NCBI RefSeq assembly: GCF_001194135.2
Contig: NC_068991.1
Coordinates: 59,822,720-59,886,719, forward strand
Source of the DNA: Octopus bimaculoides
Taxonomy: Eukaryota
Direction: 5' to 3'
DNA: 64,000 nucleotides
Notes under the pieces: generated by a model
The model's input: the letters and a program-made list of their open reading frames with translations, nothing else
Told to the model about the DNA's origin: nothing
Database searches by the model: none
Position numbers and translations under genes: made by a program
Shown: positions 13,600 through 25,950 of the stretch, in pieces
How the letters are laid out: every line of letters starts with the position of its first letter
Position numbering within the stretch: position 1 is the first letter of the stretch

Positions 13600-13937
13600 T
13601 TTTATTTGTTTCGGTTGTTTGACTGCAGCCATGCTGGAGCATGCCTTTAGTTGAGCAAATCAACCCCAGGACTTATTCCTTGTAAGCCTAGTACTTATTC
13701 TATCACTCCCTTTTTGCCGAACCACTAAGTTATGGGGACGTAAACACACCAGCATCGGTTGTCAAGCGATGTTGGGGGTGGGGGACAAACACAGACACCC
13801 ACACATATATATATATATATATGACGGGGTTCTTTCAGTTTTCGTCTCCCAAATCCACTCACAAGGCTTTAGTCAGCCTGAGGCTATAGTAGAAGACACT
13901 TAGAAGGTGCCATGCAGTAGGACTGAACCTGGAACCA
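13600..13937 (-). mobile_element. SINE family A, truncated by an assembly gap
   Basis: Closely matches the copy at 22760-23176. Confidence 0.85.
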
Positions 13938-14705
13938 NNNNNNNNNNNNNNNNNNNNNNNNNNNNNNNNNNNNNNNNNNNNNNNNNNNNNNNNNNNNNNN
14001 NNNNNNNNNNNNNNNNNNNNNNNNNNNNNNNNNNNNNNNNNNNNNNNNNNNNNNNNNNNNNNNNNNNNNNNNNNNNNNNNNNNNNNNNNNNNNNNNNNNN
14101 NNNNNNNNNNNNNNNNNNNNNNNNNNNNNNNNNNNNNNNNNNNNNNNNNNNNNNNNNNNNNNNNNNNNNNNNNNNNNNNNNNNNNNNNNNNNNNNNNNNN
14201 NNNNNNNNNNNNNNNNNNNNNNNNNNNNNNNNNNNNNNNNNNNNNNNNNNNNNNNNNNNNNNNNNNNNNNNNNNNNNNNNNNNNNNNNNNNNNNNNNNNN
14301 NNNNNNNNNNNNNNNNNNNNNNNNNNNNNNNNNNNNNNNNNNNNNNNNNNNNNNNNNNNNNNNNNNNNNNNNNNNNNNNNNNNNNNNNNNNNNNNNNNNN
14401 NNNNNNNNNNNNNNNNNNNNNNNNNNNNNNNNNNNNNNNNNNNNNNNNNNNNNNNNNNNNNNNNNNNNNNNNNNNNNNNNNNNNNNNNNNNNNNNNNNNN
14501 NNNNNNNNNNNNNNNNNNNNNNNNNNNNNNNNNNNNNNNNNNNNNNNNNNNNNNNNNNNNNNNNNNNNNNNNNNNNNNNNNNNNNNNNNNNNNNNNNNNN
14601 NNNNNNNNNNNNNNNNNNNNNNNNNNNNNNNNNNNNNNNNNNNNNNNNNNNNNNNNNNNNNNNNNNNNNNNNNNNNNNNNNNNNNNNNNNNNNNNNNNNN
14701 NNNNN

Positions 14706-14762
<57 letters not shown>

Positions 14763-15589
14763 AACACATATCTACGCTTATAAATATGTATTAATTTGCA
14801 TGTGTGATTGAATGATTCTGCAAAGCTGAGTTTATCCTCTAGTCTTTGTTTAAAATAGACTGTCGTTATATACATTGCTTTGCAACCTTGAACTTGAAGG
14901 CAAGCACAAGTACTGAAAGTTGTGTGTTAACTAGATAAAGCTTGACGCTGAGTGCCACTATTCTAGGACTTGTCCCATAGTGGAACCACCATACCAATGT
15001 CTAGCCAGAATGACGAAAGCTGAACACACGTGTATGACGGTGGTTGGGTTATTTGTTTGGTCTTAGGCCATATAGGGATATACAGATGCCCAACCAAACA
15101 GGCGAAAAGCCACACAAACATACAAATACAGTGACTATTTCTGTTGACTATCAGTCTATTATGCTAGCCTAATCTGCTTGTTGCTGTATTGTCCTATATC
15201 AGCCCCTGATTGAACAAGCCTTATGGTCAAAGAATCTGTAGTCTTTACTTATCTTATTTTTCTTAACACTGTATAACAAATAGGACTACATAACAAATGT
15301 AAGACTAATGTAATTTGTAGAAGATTTGGTTGCCATTTCTAGCAGGTTGAGCGACTGCCTAGAGACGTCCTATCTTGTTTGTCTGGCCATCGTGCTGTCA
15401 GCTTCCTTATGGTGGGATGGTAGCGGCGTTTCGAGACTTAATTAAACCCAGTGCCATAGACAGTCCAATGTCGTACCTACCCCATCCTTTCTCAGAATGC
15501 ACCCTCCTTCCGACCCTGCGTTATTTCCTCTATCCCTGCTTACCTTAGTGCCTGTCTAGATAGACATACATACACTCCTCACTCTCTCT

Positions 15590-15687
15590 CTCTCTCTCTC
15601 TGTCGTCACTCCAGACATGCCGGCTTATCACGTCTATCGCACCTAGCTCTCTTCCGGACCTACTTTTGTGTCTATGTGCAATTATAT
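15590..15687 (+). other. Candidate first, probably non-coding, exon of gene 3
   Basis: Ends TATAT|gtaagt inside the CpG island and contains a short uORF MPAYHVYRT*. Start position is approximate. Confidence 0.35.
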
Positions 15688-17121
15688 GTAAGTTTGTGTG
15701 TGTGTGTGTGTAAGTCTGCGCGCACGCGCACCCGCGCGATATTACCATGTGTGTTCCTGTGATGGCGAGGGCATGAGTTTAGTTACAATCCCGGTAAATA
15801 AGGAATATTCTCTTAGTAAATGTGAGTATAAAAAAGTTTCTCTCTGTATGTTTGTATGTAATTATACGCAGTGTGCGCGCGCTTTGGGAGCATGATAGAA
15901 GGCTATATAAATTTCTAGCAATGTCTATGTATATTATTATATATACACAGGCGTATACATGCTGGGGAACAGTTTAGATACTCATGTAAATGAATCAAAA
16001 ATAGATTTATTTAGAGAAACCATTGGAGGTTGTGACAATTGTGTCATTCTTTCTGTCTATGTATATATATAAATGATACAATTTTCATCTACGTCCTGGA
16101 ATACGAAACGTAAATATAACGCTCACAGCTAAGCACGTGTTCTTTTTGTTTTGTTGTAGATCTTGTATGATAATATAAGAGTTGTGAATTTCTGTCTCTG
16201 TATTGTGTTGTATTGAATTCTGGATGAATGGAGATCGCATTTATTTATTTATTTATTTTTTCTGGACACTTTCGTATGAAAGAAAACCAGTATTACTTTG
16301 TGTATGTATGTATGCGTCTGTACACGCCGAGATACTTTCAACCCCTACCTCCATTCCTGTGTCAGTCTCTATCGCAAATAGAGAGAAAGCAGGAGAGAGA
16401 GAGAGAGAGAGCTCTAAGGTCTAGTGGAGTGATGAGGCCGTTGTAAAGGCTAGACGGACTTCGTCGTTGTTGTTATAATAATAATAATAATTATTATTAA
16501 TAATGAATTGTAATGTATCGAATAATGTCGGCGCCATGTTCCTTGGCCTGTCTTGTGTAATGTCGGTGTCTGTTCTAAAGGCGGAGAGGACATTGCAGGG
16601 GCTGTATGGAAGAGGATGACAAGGACCCTATGGGTTTAGACAGAGAGAGAAGAGGAAGAAAGAAAGAAAGACAGGAGGGATGTTTGTGTTGGTTGAAGAA
16701 GAGTAAGTGCTGGTGCGCTTTTACGAAGAATTGCTAGGGATGCATGGTGTGTGTAATTAGCTGACCGTGGTCTGATGGCATTCTAGCCTACCAACGCCAT
16801 CACCATCACTTCATTGTCACCCCATCATCACTATAACTGATGATGATGATTATTATGCTGTTGTTTACTCCTCGGGTTCAACCAGATCGATAACCATTCC
16901 TACTCCGTGTCTCCGTCTCTGTAATTTAGGCCTTCTCTGTCTGTCTGCCTGTCTCCTTTAGCCCCACCCTCCCTCATCAACTGTCCGCCTGTCCACCACA
17001 GCCAGACTTTGCACCATTGCGACTGCAATGTCTGTTTAATAACTTCCAAATAAATTGAATTGTATTCACACACTCCACCACAGGATGCGTGTTTAAGGAT
17101 GAATTGTCTGAAGAAGTGTAC

Positions 17122-17176
<55 letters not shown>

Positions 17177-17449
17177 CGTATGTCTTTGTTGTATAATAAC
17201 AGTTCAACTCAAATCGAGTAAACATGTGGTTAAAAATATTTCAAACCGTGACCATCCCGCCTATTTTTGTATAGTAGTGACTACATTATCCAATTTGTTT
17301 TCTTGTTAGATGATAAAATGATTTGAAGGTGATTTGACTGCTACTTCTAGCTGGTCGAACGACCACGACGTAGGGCTCCCTCATCAGATCGTGTGTGTTT
17401 ATATTGTTAAATGAAACTTATTAATTATACATTCCATTTTCGTTTCCAG

Positions 17450-17512
17450 ATATGCTTCTGAGAATCACACACACAAACACACACATGCTTTGTGGTCATC
17501 TACCAACTCTAG
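17450..17512 (+). other. Candidate 63-nt exon (5' UTR or coding)
   Basis: Acceptor ccattttcgtttccag|, donor CTAG|gtattt. Confidence 0.35.
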
Positions 17513-17936
17513 GTATTTTGGTACCGAGGTATAGTAAAAATGAAAGAAGGGTACCAAGAAATTGTAAACTTGAGCACCAACAAGGAATGAATTCACTGTT
17601 CTCGAATATCCAGCTGGGTGGGCATTGTTGGAGATAGGGTGTCTAATCTGTCCATCTATGAACCTGTATCACGTGTGTTCGTCTGTGTAATGAGGGCTAG
17701 ATGTAGAACTGGTTCTGGCTCGCTTTTCTCCTTATACGTACAGAAAACGGTAGAGACGGACTATATGTAATCTGAACCTTTCCCCCTCTTATTTATTAAT
17801 TTTTTTACGGAATCCCACGTTTTAGGCTATGGAGATTCAGATTCTGAAAAAAAATTGTTTGAAAAATTTCTACCCCCCCCCACCAAGCAGGCTATTTACA
17901 TGCTAGAAATAACAGCCAAATCTCACAAAACTAGTG

Positions 17937-17965
17937 TTAGGGTTAGGGTCAGGGTTACGGTTAGG
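17937..17965 (+). repeat. Interstitial telomere-like (TTAGGG)n repeat running into a 712-nt gap
   Basis: TTAGGG TTAGGG TCAGGG TTACGG TTAGG, then Ns. Confidence 0.7.
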
Positions 17966-18677
17966 NNNNNNNNNNNNNNNNNNNNNNNNNNNNNNNNNNN
18001 NNNNNNNNNNNNNNNNNNNNNNNNNNNNNNNNNNNNNNNNNNNNNNNNNNNNNNNNNNNNNNNNNNNNNNNNNNNNNNNNNNNNNNNNNNNNNNNNNNNN
18101 NNNNNNNNNNNNNNNNNNNNNNNNNNNNNNNNNNNNNNNNNNNNNNNNNNNNNNNNNNNNNNNNNNNNNNNNNNNNNNNNNNNNNNNNNNNNNNNNNNNN
18201 NNNNNNNNNNNNNNNNNNNNNNNNNNNNNNNNNNNNNNNNNNNNNNNNNNNNNNNNNNNNNNNNNNNNNNNNNNNNNNNNNNNNNNNNNNNNNNNNNNNN
18301 NNNNNNNNNNNNNNNNNNNNNNNNNNNNNNNNNNNNNNNNNNNNNNNNNNNNNNNNNNNNNNNNNNNNNNNNNNNNNNNNNNNNNNNNNNNNNNNNNNNN
18401 NNNNNNNNNNNNNNNNNNNNNNNNNNNNNNNNNNNNNNNNNNNNNNNNNNNNNNNNNNNNNNNNNNNNNNNNNNNNNNNNNNNNNNNNNNNNNNNNNNNN
18501 NNNNNNNNNNNNNNNNNNNNNNNNNNNNNNNNNNNNNNNNNNNNNNNNNNNNNNNNNNNNNNNNNNNNNNNNNNNNNNNNNNNNNNNNNNNNNNNNNNNN
18601 NNNNNNNNNNNNNNNNNNNNNNNNNNNNNNNNNNNNNNNNNNNNNNNNNNNNNNNNNNNNNNNNNNNNNNNNNNNNN

Positions 18678-18726
<49 letters not shown>

Positions 18727-20140
18727 CTATATGCAGAGTTGAGAAAAAAATCGGCATGTTAACATTTTACAGAAACGGGGTTTTTTTTTGTTCCCTCTAT
18801 CCTTATTACAAGGAACTAAAATATAATAGATTGGTCATTGTGTACGTTGTTAGCATTTAACTATTGTAATGATAATATCAAACAAAACGAACTATCCTCT
18901 CCTCACCCCCAAAACACACATACACACACACACATATCCCTTGTATTTCAACAAGATATTCTTACAGAAAATCAATGTGATTTAAATCTGAAGCCTGGCA
19001 ACATTTGAAACAAAAGCTAGAAAATGTCGGAATTAATTGTGGTCAGTGTTATTTATTTAGTGACTTGGTCCTAAGTCATATGGCATTTTGTGTGTGCGTG
19101 TGTGTGTTTGGTATAATGGTAGTTGTTGTGGTGCTGGTGTCTGGAGGTGAGTGAGCTGTGACGTTCCCATTTTGGAAATAGGTAAGATAAGCTAGGTGTG
19201 AAACACCTATTCTTGAAAGCTATTTCATTCCAACATGGGAATTAACTATAATGGTTGACTGTTCTTTGTTAGCTTATGTTGGATGAAAGTATTTGTAATA
19301 GTGGTGGTGGTGGTTATGGCATTGGTGTTGTTAATGGTGGAATGTCGATGTCGATGGTAATAATAGTAGTGGTCATTGTAGTCTTGGAGTGGTAGTGAAA
19401 TCGGGTGATGGAGGCGGTGTTGTTTGTAGCAGAAGCAGGAATTTCTAATAACGTCATGTTTAGCCCCTGAACAATTTTTGACCGAACAGATCTATCTATC
19501 TATCTATCTATTTATCCGTCTGTATGTATGTATATTTATAGGTATGTGTGTGTGTGTATAATATATATATATAAAGCGCTCCAAAGCCNNNNNNNNNNNN
19601 NNNNNNNNNNNNNNNNNNNNNNNNNNNNNNNNNNNNNNNNNNNNNNNNNNCGTGTCGAGCGAGCATTTAGAGGCTCCCTGTTAAATTTTGTGTTGGTTAT
19701 TGTTGTTGGTGTTTAGATCTTGGTCATTTCTGAACGAGCAGAACCATGATCAAAGGCATTCTACGAACTACCATTCCTGTATTTTTAAACTCAAAAATAT
19801 CCAATATCTGCCATTTATTTAAGACGGTAGGGTGTGGTTTGAGGGAGATTTGGCTGTTATTTTTAGCAAGTTAAGTGACCACGTACAGGCTGCCTCTTTG
19901 GCCGATGGAGTGGCGATAGTGAACAGGAGGTGTAGTACTGTTGTGATGGTAATATTGGTAGTGATAGTTAGGTTAATGGTGGTGGTGGTGGTAATGATGG
20001 TAGTTGTGTATTTTTAGCCGACATGCATGGATGCAGAAGAGTATGGTTGTAGATGATGGCTCACCACATGTGTAAATGTGTGTTGTACGTAAGTCATACA
20101 TGCATTTATGTATGTATGTAAGGTAACATAACATACAATA

Positions 20141-20173
<33 letters not shown>

Positions 20174-20696
20174 ACATCGCGCATCTATGCTATTTTGTTC
20201 AAGTGAGGGTGGAGAGAAAAGGAAGATAGCAAGGTATAAGGAAGGAATAAAAGAGAAAGCGAGGCTGAGAATGAACGAGGGTAAAATAGAACGAGACTTT
20301 GAGACAAAAAAAAAACAAACTCGAGATATAAACAGAATCAGATAAAAAAAAAAGGCAAATATATATACATTTATACATACGAACATACGTGTTCGTTTCA
20401 CACACGCGCGCACGCGCATATATATTTGTTGAGAATATGAATGAGAGATGGGGTTTGGCGGATGATTTAGATAAAGGAAGATAATTGGACGTAAGCAGAT
20501 CGATACAGATTGATAGATAGACAAGTAAAAAGGTAGATCGATAGATAAATGGTTAGTTATAACGGAGGAAAGCAGAAATAAAAAAAAATTGTAAAGGACA
20601 GATCGATAAAAACAGGGTTTGTGGTGGCGGTGGGGTGGGTGTCTGAGAGGGGGAACAGGCACAGAAAAGATAGAGAAACAAGTGTGTCTGTATGAA

Positions 20697-20756
<60 letters not shown>

Positions 20757-21206
20757 GTGTGTATATATGTTTATGTATATATATGTGTGTGTATATATGT
20801 TTATATATGTGTATGTATATATATATATATGTGTGTGTGTGAATGGTGCGTATCAGCACACCGAACATACACATGTATGCGCGCACACGCCTTCAAGGGT
20901 TAGCGGTAGAGAGAAAGGGAGCGAGAGAGAGAGAGCTGGGTAAGGGAGAATCGTAGCTGTATTATTATTATTGTTGTTATTATTATTATTGTAACGTTGA
21001 CATTCATTCACACAAGGCGAACCATTCTGTTGACATTCTTTTACCCTCCCCCAATACGAACTAGTCTTCGGCACGGATTTAACCTAAATATTGCATAGCA
21101 TACTAGCAACTAGGTTTTTACTGATTTTATTGGCCGATTCCTCCCTGATTTTCACCTTATATTAAAAAGTCAAAACGAACCCCTAAGGAATGCATCTTAT
21201 GATAGT

Positions 21207-21250
<44 letters not shown>

Positions 21251-21497
21251 TTCTTGTTCCATATTATATTTATTATTATTAATAGTAGTACTACACGTTA
21301 CTTTTGGCCATAACAGATGATTGTACATTTAAGAATTCTGAGCCTCTGTTTAATTCTCTTTCTAAAACGTTTGCATGCGGGATCGCTGGATTCACCCCCA
21401 CCCCAATATGATTCGTCCATGAATGATGAGACTATCCTGCTAGCGTGTGTGGTTATATGTGTATACATAATTAGGTATATGTGTGCATGGATATGAT

Positions 21498-21532
<35 letters not shown>

Positions 21533-22231
21533 NNNNNNNNNNNNNNNNNNNNNNNNNNNNNNNNNNNNNNNNNNNNNNNNNNNNNNNNNNNNNNNNNNNN
21601 NNNNNNNNNNNNNNNNNNNNNNNNNNNNNNNNNNNNNNNNNNNNNNNNNNNNNNNNNNNNNNNNNNNNNNNNNNNNNNNNNNNNNNNNNNNNNNNNNNNN
21701 NNNNNNNNNNNNNNNNNNNNNNNNNNNNNNNNNNNNNNNNNNNNNNNNNNNNNNNNNNNNNNNNNNNNNNNNNNNNNNNNNNNNNNNNNNNNNNTATATA
21801 TATATATATTCTCTTATTACAATTTGAATGACTGGCCTGGCTCTTACGAAGGGTTTTCTCACTGTATTTCTTCAATATTTTTATCCCTCTGCTTTACTTT
21901 CGACTAACATGCAAGCTATTCTACTCTTCTCTAAAATATGTGCCTTCAGAGGAAGTTAAGTTGGTTGTTGCTCGAGAATAGTAGTATTAGGTTAACGTTG
22001 GCTTCTTTTGCTTTATTTTCTTTGCCTTTCCTTTTCCTTCTTTTCTTTTCTTTCTTTTTTTTTAGGCTACTATAGCAACCTAACCAACGAAACTGCTGTC
22101 TACCATGTGTACAAAAATTGACATGTGTTTTCTCAAAAGCTTCTCCCCCTACTTCATGCACATTAACACACACACACATGCATATGTGTGTATAATACAT
22201 GTGTGCACGTATGTATGTATGTATGTATGTA

Positions 22232-22273
<42 letters not shown>

Positions 22274-22759
22274 CATGGTTTTACTGTTAATTATTTACTT
22301 TTCCATAAGAGCATGGGTCGGACGAAATTTGTTGAGGCGGATTTTCTACGGCTGGATGTCCTTCCTATCGCCAACACGCATCTGTTTCCAAGTGTGTGTG
22401 TGTGTGTGTATTGTTTTATTGAGGCTGAAAAAAACAACTTCACAGACATACAGATCCACTGTTATACACATAATATGCAGCACAGTCACACAAAGCAGAA
22501 ACCTCGCAATTTGACAAATATAGGTCATTGAAATAACTCAGAAATAAACTAAAAACTTCCAAGTGAGGCCCCAGCATGACAACAGTTGTATGACTAAAAC
22601 CAGTAAAAGGATAAAAGTTTATGTGACATTTGCTATCTCTTTCCACTTGTTTGTTTTGCTCCTTTCTTTTCTCCTGTCCCATAAGCACAACTACCCTTTC
22701 TCTTTACAAGTTCCTGTTCCCTTTCAGTCATTCCCTTTTTTAGCCTTTTATTCTTTTAC

Positions 22760-23176
22760 TCTTTTACTTGTTTCAGTCATTTGACTGCGGCCATGCTGGG
22801 GCACCACCTTTAGTCGAGAAATTCGACCCCAGGACTTATTCTTTGTAAGCCTAGTACTTATTCTATCGGTCTCTTTTTGCCGAACCGCTAAGTTACGGGG
22901 ACGTAAACACACCAGCATCGGTTGTCAAGCGATGGTGGGGGGACAAACACAGACACACAAACATATACACACAAACATATACACACACATATACACATAT
23001 ATATACATATATACGACGGGCTTCTTTCAGTTTCCGTCTACCAAATCCACTCACAAGGCTCTGGTCGGCCCGAAGCTATAGTAGAAGACACTTGCCCAAG
23101 GTGTCACGCAGTGGGACTGAACCCTGAACCATGTGGTTGGTAAGCAAGCTACTTACCACACAGCCACACCTGCGCC
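22760..23176 (-). mobile_element. Young full-length SINE family A copy (best local reference)
   Basis: Head, internal microsatellite and 3' body all present, with CpGs intact (gacggg, ggtcggcccg, gccgaaccgc). Confidence 0.9.
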
Positions 23177-23315
23177 TATGTATTTTTTTTACTGGTTGTA
23201 TATCTTTTCTTTAATGCAGAATGGCACTCAACCAATTTCCTCTCTGCATCACTACATCACGCAACAACTCAGCTTTGTAGTGTCATTTATGTCGAAAGAC
23301 CATAAACGCGCGCAC

Positions 23316-23578
23316 GCGTGCTGGTGCCATGTAAATAGTATTGGTGCTGGTGCCACGTAAAAAAAGCACTGGTGCTGGTGCCACGTAAAAAAAGCACTGG
23401 TGCTGGTGCCACATGAAAAGGTGCTGGTACCATGTAAAAAGCACTGGTGCTGGTGCCACATAAAAAGCACTGGTGCTAGTGCCACATGAAAAGACACTGG
23501 TGCTGGTGCCACATGAAAAGACACTGATGTTGATGCCACATAAAAAAGCACTGGTGCTGGTGCCATGTAAAAAGCACC
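23316..23578. repeat. Minisatellite of about 10 units of 26-28 bp (ggtgctggtgccacrtaaaaagcact) inside a family C element
   Basis: Contiguous imperfect units; 1-2 units of the same motif occur in other family C copies (e.g. 54335-54385, 59450-59490). Confidence 0.85.
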
Positions 23579-25228
23579 CAGTATACTTTGTAAACTAGTT
23601 GGCATTAGGAAAGGTATCCATCTGTGCCAATGCAAGGCATTAGGGCCTGGTGCAGCTCCTGGCCTTACCAGTTCCTGTCAAACCATCCAACCCATGCCAA
23701 TACGGAAAACCGATGTTGTGGATGATACTGATGACATCCTCTTTGTTTTTTCTGTTCTCTGTACAGCTTGTTCAAAATTTATTGTTGGTTGAAAGACTAT
23801 ATTTTCCTGTTTGGTTTTTCTAATTTTTTACATTACTGTTTTTCTGTGAATATTTTTCTGCCTTTCTTCATTTTTCTCACCTATTCCTCTATACTTTGGT
23901 AGCTTCCATGTTGCCTACTTGGCCAGATGAAACAATATTTTCTGGATGCATTGAAATTATGATGATATTTGGTTGGCAGGTGATGATGGGTTTAAATGTA
24001 CTTGTATTAATGGGCATTCATTACACACACGTGTGTGTATGTATATATGTAATGTGTGCGTGTATACACGCACATACGCACGCACACACACACACAAACA
24101 TACCTACCATACTCATGGTATATATGTATTGTGTGTGTGTATATGTATATATCTTGTCTCATTTATCTTTTACTTGTTTCAATCATCAGACTGTGGCCTT
24201 GCTGGAGCACTACCTTGAAGAATTTTAGTCAAATGAATCGACTCCAGTACTTATTTTTTTAAATACCTGGTACTTATTCTATTATCTTTTGCCAAACCAC
24301 AAAGTTGTGGTGACATAAACCAACACTGGTTGTAGAATGGAGATGAGAGACATACAAACACACACACACAACAAGCTTCTTTCAGTTTCTGTTTATCAAA
24401 TTCACTGACAAGACTTTGATTGGCCTATGACTTTTGTAGAAGACACTTGTCCAAAGTGCCACACGGTGGGACTGAACCTGAAACCATATGATCAGGATGC
24501 AAACTTCTTACTATGAAGGCTAGAAAAATCCAAAACCTCAGTCACTGTCAACACTCTTGTAAAAATATGATAAATATGTACTCTACAAAAAGTATTGAGT
24601 AATCCCTTAGTTTAATGCAAAATTGCTTTTATTGTAACTCATCATAAAAACAAATGTGTGTGTGCATGTTTATAAATATATGCATAATATATATATATAT
24701 ATATATGTATGGTATGAGTGTGTATGTATATACATACATACACACACACATACATACATACATACAAGTAACTGTGATATCTTCTAATAATTTTCTTAAT
24801 AAACCTCTATCCTTGTCTCACTACTGTTTATTCCAGTAAAATTCTGTGTAGAGGGAATCCAGGACACCAACAGCCTGCTGCTGCTGTTGGTGATGCTGCT
24901 ACTACTAATCTACAATATTTTTACCATCACTAAATTGTCTTCGCCACATTCCTCTTACTATTCTATTTTACCTTAAATTTTAGAAGCCTACCCTTACAGT
25001 TTTTGAATGTCTTAAAGGATTGATGTGCATATACTTATGGCCCATGGCCTGAGTTAGTATTCTGTAATTATATATAATTAATGGTGTAAATTTGTTGACT
25101 GTCTGCCAGGGATCCCTAAATCAAGATGGAACGATGCAAAAATCTTAGCATGTTTCCTTAGACCTTTCTTTCTCTTTCTCTCCTCCCTCTCTATTTTCTT
25201 CTTCTCTCCTCTTCTGTTTTGCTTTCAG

Positions 25229-25344
25229 AATCTCAGAAAGAAATTGTCATAGAGGTCAACACATTCTGTGCCCGAGCTTGGCACTTTACCAAAATCAGTT
25301 AGACTTTTAGAGTCATGTCAGCCTATTAGAACTCCAAGCTTCAT
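25229..25344 (+). other. Candidate non-coding exon of gene 3
   Basis: About 60-nt pyrimidine tract ending gctttcag|, donor CAT|gtatgt, stops in all three frames. Confidence 0.4.
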
Positions 25345-25469
25345 GTATGTCTTCATCTTATTTTTGGCCAAATTACAGTTTTTTACCTTCATCATTATAA
25401 TAGCCTAACTTACATCTGCTGTGGCAACTTATTCATCAGAAAGTAATACAGTGCAGAGAAATTTTTGTG

Positions 25470-25950
25470 CTCTGGTTTGTTGGGTGAAATTTGATGGAAA
25501 TTTGACTGTTGTGTTTACCATGTCAAATCATTGCAGAAGGTATATACTCTGCCCACACCTGCACAAATAATCTGTTTTTATTAACTGTTCCACAGATAGA
25601 AAACTTTGCAAAGACTATTTTAGGAAGTAAAATTAAATCCTAAAGGAAAAGAATTCCTGTGGTCTTAGCAGATGTCTAAAAGTATCTATGGCAGAGCTAA
25701 ACCAAGTAACACTTGAGTACATTTTATTATCATCTGGTTAATGTTGAGTGAAATTTGAGTGGGAATTTGGCTGTTGTTTTTACCAGGTCAGACAACAGTG
25801 GAAGGTATAAATTCAACATACACAGATAAACTGCTTTATTAGCTGTTCTGCAGAGAGAAAATATTCTATAGATTATTCCTGGAGGTAAAAATAAACCATG
25901 AAGTAAAAAACACCTATGGTCTGAGAAGATGTTTAATAGTATCTATCATC
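25470..25950. repeat. Old tandem duplication, two units 258 bp apart
   Basis: gtgaaatttga..ctgttgt..ttacca.gtca..gaaggtata..ttatta.ctgttc..cag..gtaaaa.taaa..agatgt.taa.agtatctat in both units; roughly 70% identical by eye. Confidence 0.85.

Larger units (their letters stand above)
14900..21450. promoter_or_regulatory. CpG-retaining island, probable promoter and 5' region of plus-strand gene 3
   Basis: Frequent CG dinucleotides (e.g. gcgcgcacgcgcacccgcgcg at about 15720) against CpG-poor flanks. YY1-type CGCCATGTT near 16531. Strong donors at 15688, about 16702 and about 20941. Confidence 0.55.

Noticed and set aside
21949-21990. EEVKLVVARE, similar to a PDZ C-terminal strand
   Set aside because: Immediately followed by a stop, with no good donor.
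23316-23578. CRISPR-like array of partly palindromic 27-mers
   Set aside because: Units are contiguous with no unique spacers, there are no cas genes, and the motif belongs to a eukaryotic SINE-like family.
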